NCBI GenBank assembly: GCA_048772705.1
Contig: JBLWGC010000230.1
Span: 1,054,001-1,118,000, forward strand
DNA from: Leidyana gryllorum EB-2025a
Taxonomy: Eukaryota; Protista; Apicomplexa
Direction of reading: 5' to 3'
DNA: 64,000 nucleotides
Shown: positions 59,786-64,000 of the stretch, in pieces
How positions within the stretch are numbered: position 1 is the stretch's first letter
Layout: each line of letters starts with the position of its first letter
The notes under the pieces: generated by a model
Databases searched by the model: none
Told to the model about the DNA's origin: nothing
What the model saw: only the letters and a program-made list of their open reading frames with translations
Translations under genes and position numbers: made by a program

Positions 59786-62122
59786 AGGCTGTCGCCGCCG
59801 TCGTTGAAGTCGTCGCGCGCGTCGCTCTTCAGCCTCGATGATGGCTTCCAGTCTACGTTCTCGGGCTCGATTGACTGCCGCGACCAATACGCCCCCCAAC
59901 ATTGTTGTTGTAAAGACCCCAAACAGCCCCATCGCAGTTGTCATCAGTGCTTCATTCTGATAGTACGTCTGGCCCAGAATACCTGTCGGATACCCTGAAG
60001 CTACAGCTGTGAGCGAACTGAGAACGCCCACACTGCCCAGCGCCAGACTCAATCTTCGCCCATCCATCAACTTTTTTTGGAGCCTTTTACTTCCAATTAG
60101 CCCCACTTCGTGACCCTCGCAAACGAGACGCAGCCGCTGAGCCCTGGGGAGGCATATAGCCCCTCTGGAAGCGACGATCGTTCAAGACTCTGTCTCTTTG
60201 TGATCGATATGGACTTCCGCTCCGTCCTCCCCCTCCCCCACCGCCCCCTTGACCCCGATCCTCATTGGGGCCATTAACAACTTGCAGTCGCGAAATTCGA
60301 TTAACAGACGGGTTCTCCGCTGCAGTCGACGCTTTGGGGTCGCGGACCCGTATCACTGCAGCCTCCAATTTGAGGTGAGTCAGCTGCTTCTCCAACCCGG
60401 CCACCGAACGCCGTAATCTCTGGACCTCTGTCTGCACTTTGTTATGCGCGTCTATTCCCAATCGAATTCGATGCGCCTCGTCTATAGCAGCAACATCCTC
60501 TGCAGTAATGTGCTCACTCGGGTCGAAGGAGGGGGGCAGTCTCCTGCGTCCAATGCAGAATATACGCCGCAATTGAGGAGCAGTAAACGACATTATAGGG
60601 ATGCGACTGCAGAATGGCGGTGGACTCGTATGACACAAATTGAGTGGAAATTGCTGGGGAGGTTGTAATGGATACTTCTCCGCATGTGGGATGGGTCTGT
60701 TGGTCGTCTTGGTGGGTGTTGTAGCATCCACAGTCGGTGGGGCTGGAGACGGCAAATCTCCCGCGGGAGAAGCAACGTTGGGCGAGATTTGGTCGACTCG
60801 CGGTAGGGGAGAAGCTCGCGGGATGTGACGGGACCAATACAACTCTGAAACTTGATACCCGGGATAGAAATGAATAGAACATATGTCGTAGATAGCAGCG
60901 TTGTGGTGCTCGTTAACAGCGTAAAGGGCCTTATATATCTCCCACTCCTGTTTGGGGGTCTTGGCAATCATACAGGCTGTGACCTAAAGAGAGAGAGACA
61001 GACGTGTCATCTCCGCAGAAGAGACCTTTTAGCGCTTACCTTTGGTCCATCAGTGAATACGTCTGTCCCCAGTGGCAGTGGGATACGCTCGCAGACCTCA
61101 ACCAACCCGGACATCTCTTGATACAGAGGTATCTCGATGAAGCTGAAAGGGAAGTACTGCAGCCCCCCGCATTGCGAGCAGACTTTCCTCTCCTCCAGAA
61201 ACGCGGCCGCAGCTGCGATCGGATCCGGCATCTCCACAATGGCCTCGGTGTGACTGGCTTGTGCCTGTTTCATCAGCTGATCCTTCTGGACGTTGGCATC
61301 TGGTGGAGAGAGGGGCTCTTCTCGAGGTAGAGGAGTTGGGGGGTTTGGTAGATGTGTTGACTCGGGCACAGGCGGGGGTGGTGGAGCCTTGGCAGCGCTC
61401 GCGGTGCCATTGAGAGCTTCCAGGCGGCGCAGGATTGCGAGATGTCCCGGAACGCTGTCACTCGAGTCCGGACAGGAGCAGAGAGGTGGGAGAGTGAGAG
61501 GTTCAGTGCGATCCCAACCCGCTCGGAACGCCCGTCTGTCCGGAGTCAGGTTGGAGGCGGCTTCGGCGAGCTCTGCTGCCCCGTGAATCGCGCAGGCTCT
61601 GCGTTTATTGCGTTTAGCGTGGAAGTGGAAGGAGAGCTGCGGTTGAGAAACGGGAGAGAGGGCTCCACCATCGCCAAGCACCTTGCGGAGACTTCGCAGA
61701 TTTGGTGAGTCTCGCACTCCAGAGAATATGGTAGCGCCAGGGTCAAGAGCAAAGTAGGGATCGTGAAGCCATAAGAAATCGCGATCGAGCGCCTGAGCTT
61801 TCAATTGCGGATTGACTTCGTTGGCCTCCACATCGTCACCAAAAGCCTTTTGTGGGGGCGCCAAGACTGCCCACTGCGGTCTGAGACGCGTAGCAGAGTC
61901 TGAGGTTGCACTTGAGACCAGGCATGGGGTGGGTTCCGTCTCCTTTGTGATAGGAGCCGCCCAGCTGGAGTCGAATACACACCCGTAGAGGTGTAGGGCT
62001 GTAGGAACAGGTGGAATAGATGTAGGCTGGGAGATTCGTGGAAGGAGCCTGCGGCTGCGTTGCTGAAGCCAGTCCGCCTCTCGATAAAGCTCTCTGAGCA
62101 GACGCTTCCTACTTTCGCCCAT
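59744..62122 (-). CDS. Hypothetical protein(s): one gene or two (a CxxC-containing protein, then a coiled-coil plus two-TM protein from MSFTAPQ at 60593)
   Basis: Intron 60984-61040 joins ORFs 61007-62122 and 60087-60971 in phase 0. Two hydrophobic segments lie in ORF 59744-60106. Confidence 0.45.
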
Positions 62123-62146
62123 GGTGGCAGCTAAAAAGAAAAAGGG

Positions 62147-64000
62147 CTAGTCTACTTTGACAGCTCCATAAATGGCACGAACAAACCAAAAGCTAGCGAT
62201 GAAGCCAACTGCTCCAGTGACCAGGAAGAATGTGTAGGCCATCAGGGCAGTGTAGCCAAAGTACAGCAGGACTGACGCGAAGCGATCGATTTCTAGTGCC
62301 ATAAAGAAGTATGCGATCGAGAAGGCGAACAAGAAGACTGCTGAGAACGCCGAGACCAGGTAGGAGCGCCACCACCACTGGTAGTCCTCGGCCGCCAACT
62401 GGAAGTAGGTGAAAACAATGGAGGTTTCGGCACAGGTGACGACCAAAATGATCACCACCAACGTCAAGAACCCGAACAGGTAGTAGAAGCGGTGTTGCCA
62501 GACGGAAGCCAAGATGAAGGACAGTTCCGAAAAGACCGCGCCGAAGGGCAAGATGCCTCCTGTCACCATGACAAACAGAGGGTGGAGGATAAGAGGAGAT
62601 TTCGGGATCTGGCGTGGAATTTGATTCGTCCGGACTGGCAAGGATATGGCCGGCTTGCGATACCCCATGTAGGCTCCGACGAATACGAGGGGTACTGAGA
62701 TACCCAACCACAAGAGTACCAGTTGGAAAATGTACTTGAAGGGAATAGCTCCGCTCGACCCCTTGAACCACAATACCAAGTTGAGACACAGGAAGGTTGT
62801 AAAGCAGACTCCCGTGTACTGGAAGGCAGTCCATAAAGTCACAATGAAACTCCGGTGGGTCTCGTCGCCTTGGAATAGTTTATTGAAGCGCGCCGATACA
62901 TAGCCTGCGGGACCTCCCATGAAGGCGAACAAAATCAAGGCAACCTGTAACATTGCTCCTCTGTTCGCGGGGCTCAACACTCCCAGCATGGCGAAGCCGA
63001 GTGTCAGACCTATCATAATCAGCACTTGTACACCCGTACCAACACACGCGGCCAGAAGCTTGCTGAAGTTGGGTCTCCGGAACACATCGCCGTGAATCAA
63101 CTTCCATCCGCTCTCCTCTTGAGCTTCTTCTATGTCGTCCAAATTATTGTACCGTGCAATGTCTCTCAATAGCGTCCGCAGCAAGATCGTCGCTACCACC
63201 GCCGAAAGCATTAGCACGACTACAAAAGCATTCACGATGGAGAACCATCGAATTTGAGCTGATCCTTCGCTCGCACGGAGGTAAGCATCCCAACGGGTCG
63301 CCCAGCTAATGTCGGAATACTCAAACTTGACCGAGTAGGTGAAGGCAATTTGTGTACCCGCCGGAAGCCGTACTAAATCCAGCCGTGGCAGATTCGCTCC
63401 GCAGTCCATTCCGGTCTCGTTCCTCAGCAACGACAAATCGTGGGCAATCGACCGCGGCTCTACTTCGAACCCGACCACACGTACTCCTTCGTTGGTGGGA
63501 TGATACAAAATCTTCATGTCCAGATGATTCATCAGGTAGGCATGGACCAGAGTTCCTTCGGCCTCCTCTTTGAGCCCCACTGGGTATCCGCTGACAATGA
63601 GTTTGTCTGCGTCGCTCCGTGGGTCTATGTTTCGCCCAAGAGCCATCGGTACAACCAGCGCAGCGGGTAGATCGTCAGCCAGCAAATTAATATAGTACTC
63701 GTCTTCTATCATTCCTTTGAACTCGTTGAGAGACTTCTCAGAGAGTGTTTTGACACACAACACTCGACAGCTATCGTCCACCTTCATTCGGACATCGTAG
63801 GGGGTGTTCTGAATCAGATCTCCCTTGAGTATCTGGCCGAGGTTCTCTTCAACGGTCTCCAATTTCTGGGGCTGACAGTAATCCAGACTGTAGTACCCGT
63901 ATGGCACCTGCGTCTTCACCGAGGTCATCTTGTTCACCTGGATCGGTACGGGTGCCCCCGCGTCATACGCGTTGGGCGCATTCCCAGGGATGTAGAAGGC
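62147..64000 (-). CDS. Transmembrane 9 superfamily protein (EMP70/TM9SF2/4-like), 5' partial
   Basis: FYIPGNAP...VNKMTS, ENLGQILKGD, WATRWDAYL, IRWFSIVN, ESGWKLIHGDVFR, PVRTNQIPRQIP, EDYQWWWRS and C-terminal KVD. Confidence 0.96.
   Translation of the reverse strand, partial: AFYIPGNAPNAYDAGAPVPIQVNKMTSVKTQVPYGYYSLDYCQPQKLETVEENLGQILKGDLIQNTPYDVRMKVDDSCRVLCVKTLSEKSLNEFKGMIEDEYYINLLADDLPAALVVPMALGRNIDPRSDADKLIVSGYPVGLKEEAEGTLVHAYLMNHLDMKILYHPTNEGVRVVGFEVEPRSIAHDLSLLRNETGMDCGANLPRLDLVRLPAGTQIAFTYSVKFEYSDISWATRWDAYLRASEGSAQIRWFSIVNAFVVVLMLSAVVATILLRTLLRDIARYNNLDDIEEAQEESGWKLIHGDVFRRPNFSKLLAACVGTGVQVLIMIGLTLGFAMLGVLSPANRGAMLQVALILFAFMGGPAGYVSARFNKLFQGDETHRSFIVTLWTAFQYTGVCFTTFLCLNLVLWFKGSSGAIPFKYIFQLVLLWLGISVPLVFVGAYMGYRKPAISLPVRTNQIPRQIPKSPLILHPLFVMVTGGILPFGAVFSELSFILASVWQHRFYYLFGFLTLVVIILVVTCAETSIVFTYFQLAAEDYQWWWRSYLVSAFSAVFLFAFSIAYFFMALEIDRFASVLLYFGYTALMAYTFFLVTGAVGFIASFWFVRAIYGAVKVD

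Noticed and set aside
1-64000. Many short broken ORFs suggesting pseudogenes or an alternative genetic code
   Set aside because: Canonical GT-AG introns restore conserved motifs in frame with the standard code.

Overview
This is eukaryotic nuclear DNA from a very compact protist genome, not prokaryotic sequence. It shows GT-AG spliceosomal introns of mostly ~40-60 nt and intergenic gaps that are often under 50 nt. An ApiAP2 transcription factor and a MORN-SAM-TKL kinase point to a myzozoan alveolate. A gregarine-like apicomplexan is most likely, and a perkinsid is not excluded. About 27 genes were reconstructed by hand-splicing the ORF track. They include a PP2C, an M14 carboxypeptidase, phosphomannose isomerase, malic enzyme, a Trs65/TRAPPC14-like protein, G3BP-like NTF2-RRM, Sen1 helicase, Nop12/RBM34, Tim23, probable Ndc80, a DDX20-like helicase, a TKL pseudokinase, ApiAP2, a myosin and TM9SF/EMP70. 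The most novel element is a ~14-kb minus-strand cluster (6733-20481) of six secreted, mucin-like or GPI-signal proteins. They appear to share one divergent ~55-130 aa helical domain that I cannot assign to a known family. The cluster contains an ATGA stop/start overlap on an in-frame A7 slippery run, an intronless SfcA-type malic enzyme on the opposite strand, and an unexplained structured spacer. No rRNA, tRNA, CRISPR or mobile element could be supported. All gene models are manual and exon boundaries are provisional.
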